Shown here: positions 38,660-51,612 of the stretch, piece by piece
How the letters are laid out: every line of letters starts with the position of its first letter
Numbering within the stretch: position 1 is the first letter of the stretch
Source of the DNA: the human T2T-CHM13v2.0 reference genome, Homo sapiens
Assembly (NCBI RefSeq): GCF_009914755.1
Contig: NC_060939.1
Reading direction: 5' to 3' (one strand)
Length of the DNA: 64,000 nucleotides
Program-made: the position numbers and the translations under genes
Notes under the pieces: model-generated
Database searches by the model: none
Seen by the model: only the letters and a program-made list of their open reading frames with translations
Told to the model about the DNA's origin: nothing

Positions 38660-40262
38660 CTAATAGTATCTATTCTACTTACAGCAAGTGCAGACACAAA
38701 CTACCAATAAAGCCTATTTTGTTTCCCAAAGTGTTAGAATAATATCTAAGTGTGATAGTTTTTCTCACACTTTGATGCTATTCTCACATTTGTAATGTTA
38801 GAAACTTGTATTTCCACATCAAAAAAAAAAAAAAAAAAAAACCACAACTATCACCAAATCCTAAAACCATGCGGCTACAAGATTCCAGTACATCCTTATC
38901 CCCCTGCAGAGCTGCTTTTGCCGGGTACCAGGGAAGCAGAGAGCAGGACTGCTAGAAGCAGGGGTGGTGAACTAAGAGGTAGGTAGATATGATAAGCTAG
39001 CCCATTGGAAAATCTAACAGACACCGAGCATCACTGACAGCCAAACCACACATGGTCTCACATTAAACAAGAGAGAGCCAAATAAGTGCCTAACATCTTG
39101 ACCCAACTAGCCAACTTGCTGCCACCTTTGAAACACTAGTAAAACTAACCCATAGCTGTATATAGGCTAAGATGAAGAAAATGAAAATGGAAAGCTGTGA
39201 GGGGAAATAAAAGCTTCCAGCTCATCAAACGTTCAAGATAATAGGTTACCAAGATGTCCAGGTGGTATTTGTTTGAACATCTTTGTTTATCACTTGTCTT
39301 CCTTTTTAGGTATCGACCCTGGTTTAAATTTAGTGTGCCGCTTCCAGATTTATTTTCCACTCTTCTTGAAAGGGGGTGGAAGAGTTCCTGGCCATAGAAG
39401 CACAGAAGCTGGCCTTCCCTCCCCCACCCAAATATTACCACCCACCCTCCCATCTGAAAGATTTGTCCACAAGACCATGTGAGAATTTCTTCTTATACTA
39501 CCTAAATTATCCTCCTATATACCATTTCCCCCCATTTTGTTTCTTAAACAGTTATGTGATGCTGACAGGCACTGTTATCCAGTTGTTACGTGTGATGCTA
39601 GAGTTGGGTCCATTTTAGTGGTGCTGAAGTTCATAGTTAAACAAATTTGTAGCCAGTATCAAATGTTTGGAGTCTCATCTACAGTTATTATCAACAACTC
39701 AAGCAAAATCATTTAAGTCCTTTTTTTCTTTTAAAGGGTAGTTACTATTTTTTTCATTAAAGAAAGAAATGCAATAGACTACAATGAGACAAAACACATG
39801 AGCACATGTTACCACAAGACAGAACTGGGGAAGAAAAGGGATTTTATTTCTCGTAAAGAAACAAGAAGTGGAGACGCAGTCGAAAGAGCTGTCCTTCAGA
39901 ACGAAGGGTTTCAATCAGTATAATTCAGAGTTACTGGGACTCATGAACCAACTCAAGGCTTGAAGTGAGGATGCTAATCATAATGATGGCAATTATAACA
40001 CATTCCACGGCAAAGCATTTGAAACTTTGTTCACAGTGCCTTCCTCTACAGGACACCATCTCTTCCTAACATTTATGGTCTTAAAATAAGGCTCATGAAT
40101 ATCACCTTTATTTTGAGTCCAAAGTCAAGATGGCCTCAGCTTTACATAAGATATTTCCTGGAATTTGCTCTTTTGGCATCCACTCATTCCAAGAAGAGAA
40201 GGTCCAGCATCCAATGACTGGAGACCAAAGCTGATAAGAGTCCCCTCTAAAAAATAAATAAA

Positions 40263-40263
40263 A

Positions 40264-40342
<79 letters not shown>
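40263..40342. repeat. Perfect (AAAG)20 microsatellite
   Basis: 80 bp of uninterrupted AAAG. Confidence 0.97.
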
Positions 40343-40343
<1 letters not shown>

Positions 40344-42032
40344 AAAAAGCAAGGGTGTCCAGGGTGGCAGAGTTCTCTCTCCAGACCAAAATAAACATGA
40401 CCAACATGTAAATGAAAAATAAGATCCTAACCAAATCTAGCTCTGTTTATTCTAAAGTTATCCTTTGAAGACTACAAACTCCAACATGTTTTATTTCTCT
40501 CCAGGCTCTTCATCATTCACTCCCTCTGTAGCTCATACAATACAGACAATATCAGCAACAGCAGTTATAGCTCTAACTTTCATTTTCTCTCTGGCGCCCA
40601 AAGTGGCCCAAACCTGGAGACTGTGGCTCAACTGCCTTTTGTGTTTTTGAACATTAACTTTCTTAAAGGAACAGACCTTAAGTTCTTCCTACAAAATTAG
40701 TATAATGCACACACTTATCCCCATTTGTAAAATGCCCTCTTTCCTGGCAGCACGTGCCCATGGCCTCACTGAACCTGCAGTTAAAAGTGGCATCAGCTTG
40801 CAGCAGCAAGTCACAGAGCTGTGCCACTGTGCTGGGCCGTTCCTAACACAGATGTTCTCCAGAGCCACAAACACACCTCCTCTTGGGCTCAGAACACAGC
40901 TAAAGTGCATTTAGCATTTTGAAATTTAAAACATGTGCTTAGATGAGTGCCACTCTTGCTGAACAATCAATTTGCATTACATTAAATTAACAGTAATGGA
41001 GGGCTATAAAATTACACATTTTATGCATTAAATTTAATGATGAAATAATAGGTAATAACAGGTTACCAATTCTGACATAACTATCACACAATCAGTAAAT
41101 TCACTCAACAATAATGAATAACTTCAAACATCCCATTTCCTGGGTAACAATCTTGAAAGAGAAACATATAAATTGGAAAGTTATTGTCCACCAGGAAAAC
41201 ATACTTACCCTGGAAAGAGACATACAGGGGGCCATTAACCTATAGCATATGGTTACCAGAGACTTTTCCATGCTTTCTTTATATTGAGTCATTTGGGAAG
41301 AATAAATACAAAATCACCTCTATTTTGACATGCTGTTTCCATATCATTCATTTTTATGGTAAAAAACACTAACTCACATGCTTGGAATAGGATGAGAACA
41401 AAGGTGGTAGTTCTTGGTAATCCAAGAAAGTGAGAAACATATGTATTTGGTTCTTAAGATTCATTTGGGTTTTTAAATTAAACAACATGATTTATTTTTA
41501 CTTGTTTTTTTCTCTAATTATCTATGAGCATGAGACACTTTTCAAAAAAGAAGTACTTAAAAAAAGTGACTCACATAGACGTGGGATGGAGCTAGATGGT
41601 TTCGTGTATGCTGAATGATGTATGAACAAAAATATTCGGAGAGCAGACTTCATACAATATAAAAACCTAAGTGCTTCATGTTGGCCGTCATTACTCCCCC
41701 AGGGTTACGAAGACCACTCTGAAAATGCTCCAGTTGCAATGTTTGCCTGTTTTGAGCACCGATTTTTGGATGCCCTTTGACAAAAATGTGTGAGTCTTTA
41801 TATGGCAAGAAATCCAAGTCCCTCCATGCCTCCAGATCAAACTGCTACCCCTCAGCAAAAAGCTTGTACCCCATAGATAGAGAAGCTCCTAGAGATACAG
41901 GGAGGGCCTTTTCCTGCACAGTCTAGGCTGCATTCTGTGGAACGTCTGTGCCCCTCGGGACATCAAGAGGTGCTCTGAGGGGGAAAAAAAGCCATTCTAA
42001 GCAAAAACAAATGTTCTGCAAATGCTGGCCTA

Positions 42033-42548
<516 letters not shown>

Positions 42549-45500
42549 TCACCAATCACCATCGTTCCACGGAGCACAGTCTGGGAAACACTTGTCTAAA
42601 TAGATTAGAAGAATCAGGACATTTTGCCCCAAAAGACCCAAAGTCTTGCTTACTTTCTTAGAAAACAAAAACAAACCAACAAAGTAATGAAAGAATAAAA
42701 AGTAATTCACAAAAAGACTGGGACATAAAAAAGGAGGGCGAGTCTTAATACATCAACTTTTGGATTTGCAGGTGAGAAAATGTGACCAAGTTAAACCAGA
42801 GGCCACCTAAACTGGCAGTCCAACAGTACTTCTGTGGCTTTAAGGGACTTCGTTCTCACTGTGGGGAGCAGAGCACTTCAGAGAAGCTGATGTGCTCGAT
42901 TCCGCAGGGAGAGCTTCAGCGGAACCCCTTGCTCACCAACCTCTTAATGAAATCGAGAGAGTCGACTACTCCTGCCTCCGTGGCTGGCACCAGGGCAGGA
43001 GAGACAGAGTGAGTTTAAGATCTGATAGGAGAAAAGAACCCAAAAATAAATCACAAGAAAAAATAAAAAGATGTCCACCCCTAAAAGCTTGTAGCTTCAT
43101 TTTCTGAAAATTCTAGCCCCTTGCCCTGGGTTTTCTTTAAAAATATAGTTAAATGAATTGGATTGAAAGGAATTGTTACCTGATTGGAAGTTCCTCTCAC
43201 ACCAGAAAAGTTCTGTGAGATGCTGGAGGACACCATTTGGCACTTCCCAGACTTCATTTGCACATTCTCAGTTGTACTGCTATAAATGTAACCACTGGTG
43301 TGCATATACATTCACAGTACACTGAATGTACAATGTTGAACTTATTTTTCGAGAGAGAAAAATTTCTCTTCAACATGTCAATGGTCTCATTTTACCAGTG
43401 TCTGCTCACTTCCAAAAATGCAAAGACAGAGGAAGAAAAGTTCGTTCTGTCTTCACTCGCCTTATGTATACGCAGAAGGCCCAACACGGTACCTAAAATT
43501 TTCAGCAATACCATGATTCCATTAAGAGCTCTGGATACAGGTGCTTTTAAAGTAGGTTAAGGAATTATGTTGCCTGGTAGGGATACTTAACATACCAGCA
43601 CCTGTAGGTGTGCTTGATTAATAACCCCCGCCAAAATTCTACTCATCCTTAAAGACTCAGTTTAAATGCCATCTCCTTCAACATATATTCTGTGATGTTG
43701 CCACCCGGATGTGACTTCTTCCTCACTTTTTAATTGTTATCTGCTTGAACTCCAAAACAATGCCCCGATCCAGAGCAATGGAACCAGGGAAGATACGTTC
43801 CAATGGCAGACAGAAGTGACGAGGAATGATCTGATCCCTATGGGAGCCACTGGTGAACTAGAGATCTACAAGGGGACCCCAAAACTTTAGCAAGGAATAG
43901 CAATGTGGAGATATGGATGGGCGAAAAAAAAACCTCATAGCAGAGGCGCAGAGCTGACCTTACAGCAGTTTTATCAGGGGTCAGCCCTTTGCCTAGGGTT
44001 TAACGCTGGTACTCTGGGCAGTGGCGGGGGGTCAGGGGGAAAAGAAGAAACTATTGTACCTTCATATTTGGAGAATATTTTTAGTCTTGTGTTGACGTGT
44101 GAGCTGCCAGCACAAAATACACCAAACACCTTCCTAACTCCCTCAAACCAAATAAATAAATGAAAAGAGAGGCTGTTGAAAACCTTGACAAGCAGCTTGT
44201 CAAGAAAAGCTGTTTTTTCACACAAGAAACCTCCTTTCAGAACCCTAAATCCTACCAACTTCCATTCTATTTGCAGTACCCTTATCTGTTAGTATCACAA
44301 CGGAAAAGTGTAAATTGGACCCAAAAAAATCCTCTTTATTTTTAAAGCCAAAAACTGATCAAGGAGTTCTGTCTACATTTCAAAACACTGTATGCATATT
44401 TCAGAGATATATTTAGAGACTATACAAAGAGGTGCAATATTGACTTCTGGGGTTAATGCAATATCCCATAGATTTATCTTATACATTAGGTTCTTCAACC
44501 TATGTTACTGAGAATAAATTTTTCATGATCAGTTAAGCTTGTAATCGATGTAGAATTTGGAATGAAGTATTTATCAGAACAATTTGTGACTGGAATGATT
44601 TAAAGCCAATACACATGTTATGTAATCTTCTGCCCTGTTATAAAATCCAACACAATTGCTTAGGACTAGCGAGAGACACCCAGAGAGCAAAAGAAAATCT
44701 AGAAAAGTGGCAAAATGATCCATTTTAATCCCACTGACCAGCATGAGAAAGGAAAAAAGAAACCAGAATAATGCATTTTTAAAAAAATTTTAGAAATCTA
44801 TTGGAGAAGAAACCTCAGAAAGACTTTAGAAAAGGCGTCAACAGCTTCAGAGATACAAGACTGCTGAGGCTCAAACAGTACTACGGCTTGATTTCATAAG
44901 GACAAGATTGACCCTACCCAGAACAGCCAGAATGAGAAATGGGGAGTGTGGCTTTATCAGGCACACAGCAAGGTCCTGCAAGCCTGCCTGGCAGGCCCCT
45001 ACCTACTGCTTTGGGTTTAAATATCCTCAAATCGCCCTGCAAAATACAAACAGGTCGACTGCAGGAGGCACAGAGACAAACTTTCACGTGAGCTTGGATT
45101 GGACTAACACCTCATTAGCAAAGAGCTGCCTCACTCAGGGTAGGTTCAGGAGGGGAAAGAGAGCCTGATGCCTGAGCAGGTGAGTGCTTCCAGGTGGCTC
45201 CTGGGCTAAGTGGAAAAGGGGAGGGACAGGAGGGTAAATATGGGGAAAGCCTCTGAACAAAGTACAAAGAAGGGAACAGAAGGAACTAAGACAGCAGTTA
45301 CCCTTTCACATTTTGTCAGAGGATCACTCTGTGAATATAACAGTAACAATCTTAATTTCAAACTACATGCAATATAGACCATTTATAAAGTTTTTTTTTT
45401 ATTGTTGTTACCCTGAATATCTCTAGGATTTTTCTGTGGATTCCCAGAGTGTTTCAGCTGAATTCTCTAGCTCCCCACCTCCTCTGAGCACTTGCTGGCA

Positions 45501-45699
45501 TATTTCCAAGCTCCTCTGGCATCTCTCAATTCCTCAGGAAGATACCTATTAGCCCCTTCATCTTCCTTTTCCATTTTGAATAAGACAGTCCAATCTTGAC
45601 AATTATTAACTATAACTCATCAAATATGTTCCTCTAAAAAGACATATTTAGGGAAGCACTGACAAAGACACTAACAGACAAGCTGCTTCATGCTGGTTC

Positions 45700-48207
45700 C
45701 CATTAAAATATTTAAATATGTTTTCAGGAAAGAAAACTTTTAAGTTATTTTTCCAAAACAGCTATAACACTGATTTCAAACCTGACAAAAATAACCAGAA
45801 AGAAAAGTCAGATCACTCTAATTTATAAATAATAATGTAAAAATATGAACTCAAACATGAGCAGACAGAATCCACCAGTGCAATAATAGAATAAGATACC
45901 ACCACCAAATAGAGCTTATTAAAGGGATACCAGGATCATTCAAGAACAGAACTTTTACCTCTGTCATTCATAATATCAATACATTATAGCAGAAAGATCC
46001 TATAATCATCTTCACGGGTGCTAAAAAAGCATTCGACAAAATCAAAATCCATTCTGATTTAATAGGCCCTTAATAAAATAGAAATCCATGAATATTTTTT
46101 GATATGGGAAAGAGAGATATAGATACACATGCATCAGCTCAAAAGCCTAAATCATACTAAATGATACCCTAAGAGGCATTCCTATTAAGACAAGAATGGT
46201 CATTGCCAATACCCTATAATTTTACACTTTCTAATTAGTACTAGTGCAATGAGGAGAAAGTCATGAATAATAAAAATTAGAAAGAGACAAAATTATTATT
46301 TTTGCAGATTATACATATATGTACCTAGAACGCCAAAGAGGATCAACTGAAAATGGATGGATACATTAGGAGAGAAGGCAGATGCTTATAAAGCTAGTAC
46401 ACATAAATAGCTTATATAAACAAAAGCCAATTAAATATACAGAAGAAAGGTATCATTTTTAAGAGCAAAATGGGCATATATTTAAAAAAATAAATTTAGA
46501 AAAGTATAGAATTCACAAGAAAAAAATTTTAAATCCTACAGAGAGATGTAAAAGCTGGCAAAATAATGGAAAGACAGACTTTGTACTTAGATGGAAAGAC
46601 TCATTGTAAAGATGTATTCTCCCCTAAATTTAATGTGAATCCAATAAAAATGTCAATAAGAGTATTTTGAAACTTGGAATGTTAATTCTAAATTGCACCT
46701 GAGAAATTAACCTGTGAGCATTGCCAGTAAAATTCTGAAATATAAGGTTATTAACTCTATTGGCTATTAAGACATACAGTAAAGCTAAGGAATTAGAACA
46801 GTTTGTTATTAGCAAACCAACAATCTTCTGAGGGAAAAAATAGTTCAGAAATAAACATAATGCACATAGAAACATTTGTTATATAATAAAGTTGACATTT
46901 CAGATGTGGGAAAATGGTGGATTGTCTAATAAATATGTTGGTACAACTGGCCAGTTAGTAGGGAGAAAATAATGCTGGTTCCACTCTCACTTCTTACATA
47001 AAAATAAATCTCAGGTGGCTCAAATATTTAAATGTAAAAAATAAAGATCTTAGCGGAAACAAAGGAACATTAGAAAAACAATAATCTTAGCATAAGGGAG
47101 GCTCTATTAGGCAAGGAACAAAAACCAAATGCTATCAATCAAAAGAGAAAGAAAAAAATGATAAATTTACATTGCATTCGAAATTTCTGAAAGGCAAAGA
47201 AAACCACAACAAAGTGAAAAGCAAATGACAAAGAGGCAAAAGTATCTGCAACTAATATGTTAGATAAAAGGCTAATTTCTCCTAAACAGAATCCCTTCAA
47301 GTCTCTAAGGAAAGAACAAGAACCTTGTGTAAAAATGGGTAGGGTTATTGTCCTCTACTGGGCTCCCTGGGAAGCAGATTTAGGAGGTGGAGAGTCATGT
47401 GCAGGTTTATTGGGGAGTATTCTCAGGATCAACACCCACAGAGGAAGGAAAGGAGCCAGGACTGTTCAGAGACGTTAGGCAGTGATGAAATCACAACAGA
47501 GACCTCAGCTGATTCCACGGGCAGCTCGAGCTGCGATGGCCATTCAGAGTTGTCCCAAACTGGTAAAAAAGGAGCTGAGCCTTTTAGTTTTTGGATGTAG
47601 GGTATTCCGAGGAAAGGGGCGTGACTTGGCCAGGGGAGTGTGTTCAGCGAAGGCTGAGTTCCTTCTGCTACCCACATGCACAGCAACTGAGGACTGAGAA
47701 CTTGGGTCCTACAGAGGGATCTGGGAAGCTCAGCACAGCTGCCATGACTGTTAGTAGGAGGCAGTCCATAGAAACAGAAAAGCAAATAATGGCTAGTCCA
47801 TATACAAAAAGATGCTCACTCCATTCATAACAAAATGTAAATCAAAACAAGTATCATCTCTCTTATCAGATAAGCAAAGATAACATGGTTGGCAACAGAG
47901 TTGTTAATACTGATATTCTTAATGCTGTTGAGTGGAATATGAAACTCTAGGATCTCTTGGAGGAAAATTTGGCAGATCTTTCTAAATTTGAAATACACCC
48001 TTTGACCCAGCACCACATTTCTAGGAATTGTTTCTATAGACAGAGTCACATGTATATCCAAAGTATGCACTAAAGTTATTAACATTGGCTACTTTGGGGG
48101 AGTATGTCTGGAAGTGAAAGAAGGATAGGAAACTATAAGTTTCGCTGTATATCCTTTTACAGTATATTGAATTTTTTATTCTGTATGTGTTATTTTTAAA
48201 AATATTA
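45700..48207 (+). mobile_element. Old L1M (L1ME-like) ORF2 and 3' UTR remnant interrupted by LTR16
   Basis: L1 ORF2-like motifs AAACCTGACAAA, GCTAAAAAAGCATTCGACAAAATC, TACCTAGAA, GATGGAAAGACTCA and AAAAGATGCTCA; no intact ORF. Confidence 0.82.
47349..47749 (-). mobile_element. LTR16 (LTR16C-like) solo LTR, ERVL
   Basis: GGGCTCCCTGGGAAGCAGA...TTTATTGGGGAGT...GGATCAACACC...TTCAGAGTTGTCCCAAA...GGGATCTGGG; putative TSD GTTAT/GTTAG; L1 resumes after it. Confidence 0.78.
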
Positions 48208-48496
48208 ATGGTCAAAAAGGAAATCTGAACAGGAATTTGAGATACCTATCTATAAAGATATCTTGATGGTATACGCCTCTATCTAAAAGAAGCCTTTTTT
48301 TGTTTCCATACTACTATATCTAAAATATCTTCTAGATTATCTTACACTCAATGTCATAAACTTACTTCTCTATACAGGATATCTGTACAAAGATTTTAAA
48401 AATCTAGATGTATTTATCTTATGCATAGCAAACTACACCAATTCAACTCAAATCCTGGCAGTTGTTAACACTTTTGGAAAGGGAACTGAGCTACTG

Positions 48497-48692
48497 ATAT
48501 ACTACTGTGTGCCTACTATACTAATAGGCACTTTAATACATTATCTAATGTAATCCCAACAATCCTGCAAGTTACGTCTTATCATTCCCAATTTACAGAC
48601 ATGGACACAGAATGCACACAGGTTAAGTATCCAGTGCTCTGTCATACAACTGAATGTGGGGGAGTCCAGGCTACATCTAGATGTGTACTTCC
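48497..48692 (-). mobile_element. MIR
   Basis: GTGCCTACTAT...GGCACTTTAATACATTATCT...CAACAATCCTGCAAG...CCCAATTTACAGA. Confidence 0.75.
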
Positions 48693-49687
48693 TTCGATAA
48701 CATGCTCCTACCTCCCAGGGTATTTTCCTTTTGGCTTCCAAAACATTTTGTAAGCAACCACTGGTAACCTCAAATAAGTGGTATGATTTCCATTATAAAG
48801 AAGAAAAGACTGAGAAAGAGTAACAGAGAAATGTCTTTCTCTAGCTCAGAAAGCTACAATTTCACATAGTCCTAAAATGCCTGTCTTCATCTTTCTGTTA
48901 TCTCCTTTTGAATACACTTCAATCCACTCATAACCCTTTTCCTAAAAGAGAATTCAAAAGACTGAGGTGGAATCTCTGCCTCAGTCTTCCTCTTTGAATT
49001 GCCATCAGAAAAACGATCAGGGGAAATATGTTCAGCCAAGAGAAGGGGGCAGTATCCCAGCACCATCATTTTCCTTTTAAACACTAAACTCCAGGCTATA
49101 TACTGGAAACCTATCTTAGGGCCCATTATATGAATCCCACAGAAAGAGACCCACAAAATTTGGAGACAAAAAAGCAATAGGGAGACAAAGTGAAGGATGC
49201 TTCTCTCAAACATCAGGACAATTTACTTAACTAATGAGTTATGAGATAGCAGGTAGCTTGAGTTTCCCAATATCCAACGGAATTGTTTCCCAAATGAAAA
49301 CAACCAATGCCACCAAAAATTAGACTTGAGCCAATGGCAGAAATCCTTTTTACAATATTTTAATCGTAAGTAATCAGAATGCATGATGGGTTGGTTTAAA
49401 AATATGTCGAGGATTTTTCCCCTAGATAGTGTTGCTGTTATCCAAAGGAAAGATGCTATTGCTTCTGCTCCACTGACACTGTTTATCACTTCGCCCAGAC
49501 CCTTCAATAGAAATTGCTGTTTCTCACTGCCGACCATCTGTTGTCATCTACATGAAAAATCTACATAAATCCCTACTAGTTGCTGTATTTCAGAAGTGCC
49601 CCCCACCAAAGAAAATCACAGATTAATTGTTGCTGCTTTAAAACTCTAAGAAAGGGAAATGAATCTAAATATACCTTCCTCCCCCCA

Positions 49688-49689
49688 AC

Positions 49690-49732
<43 letters not shown>

Positions 49733-49734
49733 CA
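49688..49734. repeat. (CA)n microsatellite
   Basis: ACACACATACACATACACACACA...CACGCACACACA. Confidence 0.92.
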
Positions 49735-50992
49735 GCAACTTTCATCTATAATTTAGAAAATGGATGCAGTTCAGCAACAGTTAAAGACTAATTTCTTATG
49801 CTTTTTGTGCATTTACATAATTGATTCACTAGATAATGCACTCTGCTTCCTTATTTAATAAACATGTTAATGATTTCAGACAATTACTCAAAGCTGCCTA
49901 CAAGTGTCTGCCTAAGAAAAGCAACAAAAAATAATTAAAATGAAAATACACACCAAAAGGCACATCCTTCATATCACATTACACAAGATATTAAGTCAAT
50001 ATGTCACCCTGTCACCAGTCACTTGCTACCTGCTGTTATACATTTATTCAAATTCTAATGTATTAGCTGAGGCTGATACATTGGTTAGACACCCAAGCGG
50101 GCAGACACACAGAGCTAGAAAATAAACCTGGTGCTTTGTCAGGGTAGAGGCAGTAAAATAGCAGCAGCAAAGGAGGGGAGACAATAAAACACGGGACAGA
50201 AACAGAAGGTTGAAGCAGACGCTTTCACAAGAAAACCCTCTTCAGGCTATTCATGGTGGGGGGCAGTCACGGGGGAACTAAATGGATTCCATTTCCTCTG
50301 CCACCTCTGAGTGCTTGGAGAGCACCAAGCGGGCCAGACATCACAATAGGTTAGATTTTGGCAGATGCCTCATGCATTCTGGCCATTTTCGGGCTTATTT
50401 TATTCCCCAGAACCTTTGCATGCGTCAACCACTAGTCATGCCTTGAACCACACAGCACCGTGGTCGTTTCCACCACCCAAGAGAACCGTAAAGGTGGAAA
50501 GGGGCATTAAAGGAGCTCAGATGCCAGACAGCCACGACTTTGGCCCTCTGTGGTGCCTGGCCAGTCCCACTAGGCTTGGCTCTTCCAGTTCCTGCTGGAA
50601 GCCATGTTGCCTGGGCACCGTGAGGCTCACCCTCCCTCCCCAGCCCTCCAGGAAGAGAGAGGTGGGTAACCCAACAGGTGCAATAGGACTCTGAAGAAGG
50701 AATATGAGAGCTTCCAGCCCTTGCTAGAAGCTAGCTGATTCTGGCTGGGGAAGTCCTGGTTCCAAACCTCATAGAAGATAGGTTGGAAGCAGGAAAAAAA
50801 GATGAAATTATTTGAGGAGAAAGTTAGCTGTCCATCAGTAACTTCTTCCGCTAGAAAAGGAGTGTAGGAAGAAGAGTAAGTAAACAAGAGGCTTGCTTGA
50901 CCAGGTGACACTCTTCACATTTCTAAGCCCAAGTGTCCTAGCTGGAGTTAACCCATGACTTCAGTCCTAAAAGAAAGGTTGATGGTCAGTAG

Positions 50993-51006
50993 GCACGTGC
51001 GCACAC

Positions 51007-51037
<31 letters not shown>
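50993..51037. repeat. (TG)n with a CG-rich alternating head
   Basis: GCACGTGCGCACACGCG followed by (TG)n; 45 bp of strict purine-pyrimidine alternation. Confidence 0.93.
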
Positions 51038-51040
<3 letters not shown>

Positions 51041-51099
51041 TCTTTAGGTTTTTTTACCTGCCTCCTTCACTGTATAAGCCCAACCTGTTCACTGTGTAT

Positions 51100-51612
51100 C
51101 ATGCAGAGGAAACAGGCAGAAACTTGGCAGGGCAGGAACAAGGATAGTTCATCCAGAATTACCTTAAGAAATAGGCATTTTATCAGGAAGGTTATGGAGA
51201 GCCACTAGGGGACTTGAAACAAAGGGTGACAGAAACTGTTTTGCTTCCAGAAGGATCATTCTGGCAGTAAGGTGGAAAATGGCATGAAGGGAACAAAGAG
51301 ACCAATGAGGAGGCTGTCACATCAATCCATCGATGCCGAAGGCGTGAGCCAAGGGACTGGCAGTGGAATCTGAGTGACATCAGCGGCAACATGGGGCTAA
51401 AAGAGGAGCCACTGAAGTTTTGAGGATCAGGCCACAGCAGTGATGTGGAAGGAGATGCTGGTCTCAGAGTGGAAGGGAAACAGGAAGTGGGCAGGAGGTA
51501 GGTGGGTATCAGGGTGGAAGAGGAGGTATGGTCCTTAACACAGCTTTGTTTCAGTTGGATGCTGGCATTCAGGTGCCTAAGGTACATCCAAATGAAGTAT
51601 TCAGAAGATGGT
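51100..51612 (-). mobile_element. LINE L2 internal fragment
   Basis: ATGGAGAGCCACT...AGAAGGATCATTCTGGCAG...GAGACCAATGAGGAGGCTGT...GGTACATCCAAATGAAG. Confidence 0.72.

Noticed and set aside
43237-43560. LNLFFEREKF loosely resembles a FERM-domain segment
   Set aside because: Too short, no flanking similarity and no splice sites; likely coincidence
45054-45065. GTCGACTGCAGG resembles a pUC polylinker (SalI/PstI)
   Set aside because: Not an exact match and no other vector sequence nearby
45700-48207. L1 ORF2 as a coding gene
   Set aside because: Full of stops and frameshifts; fossil only
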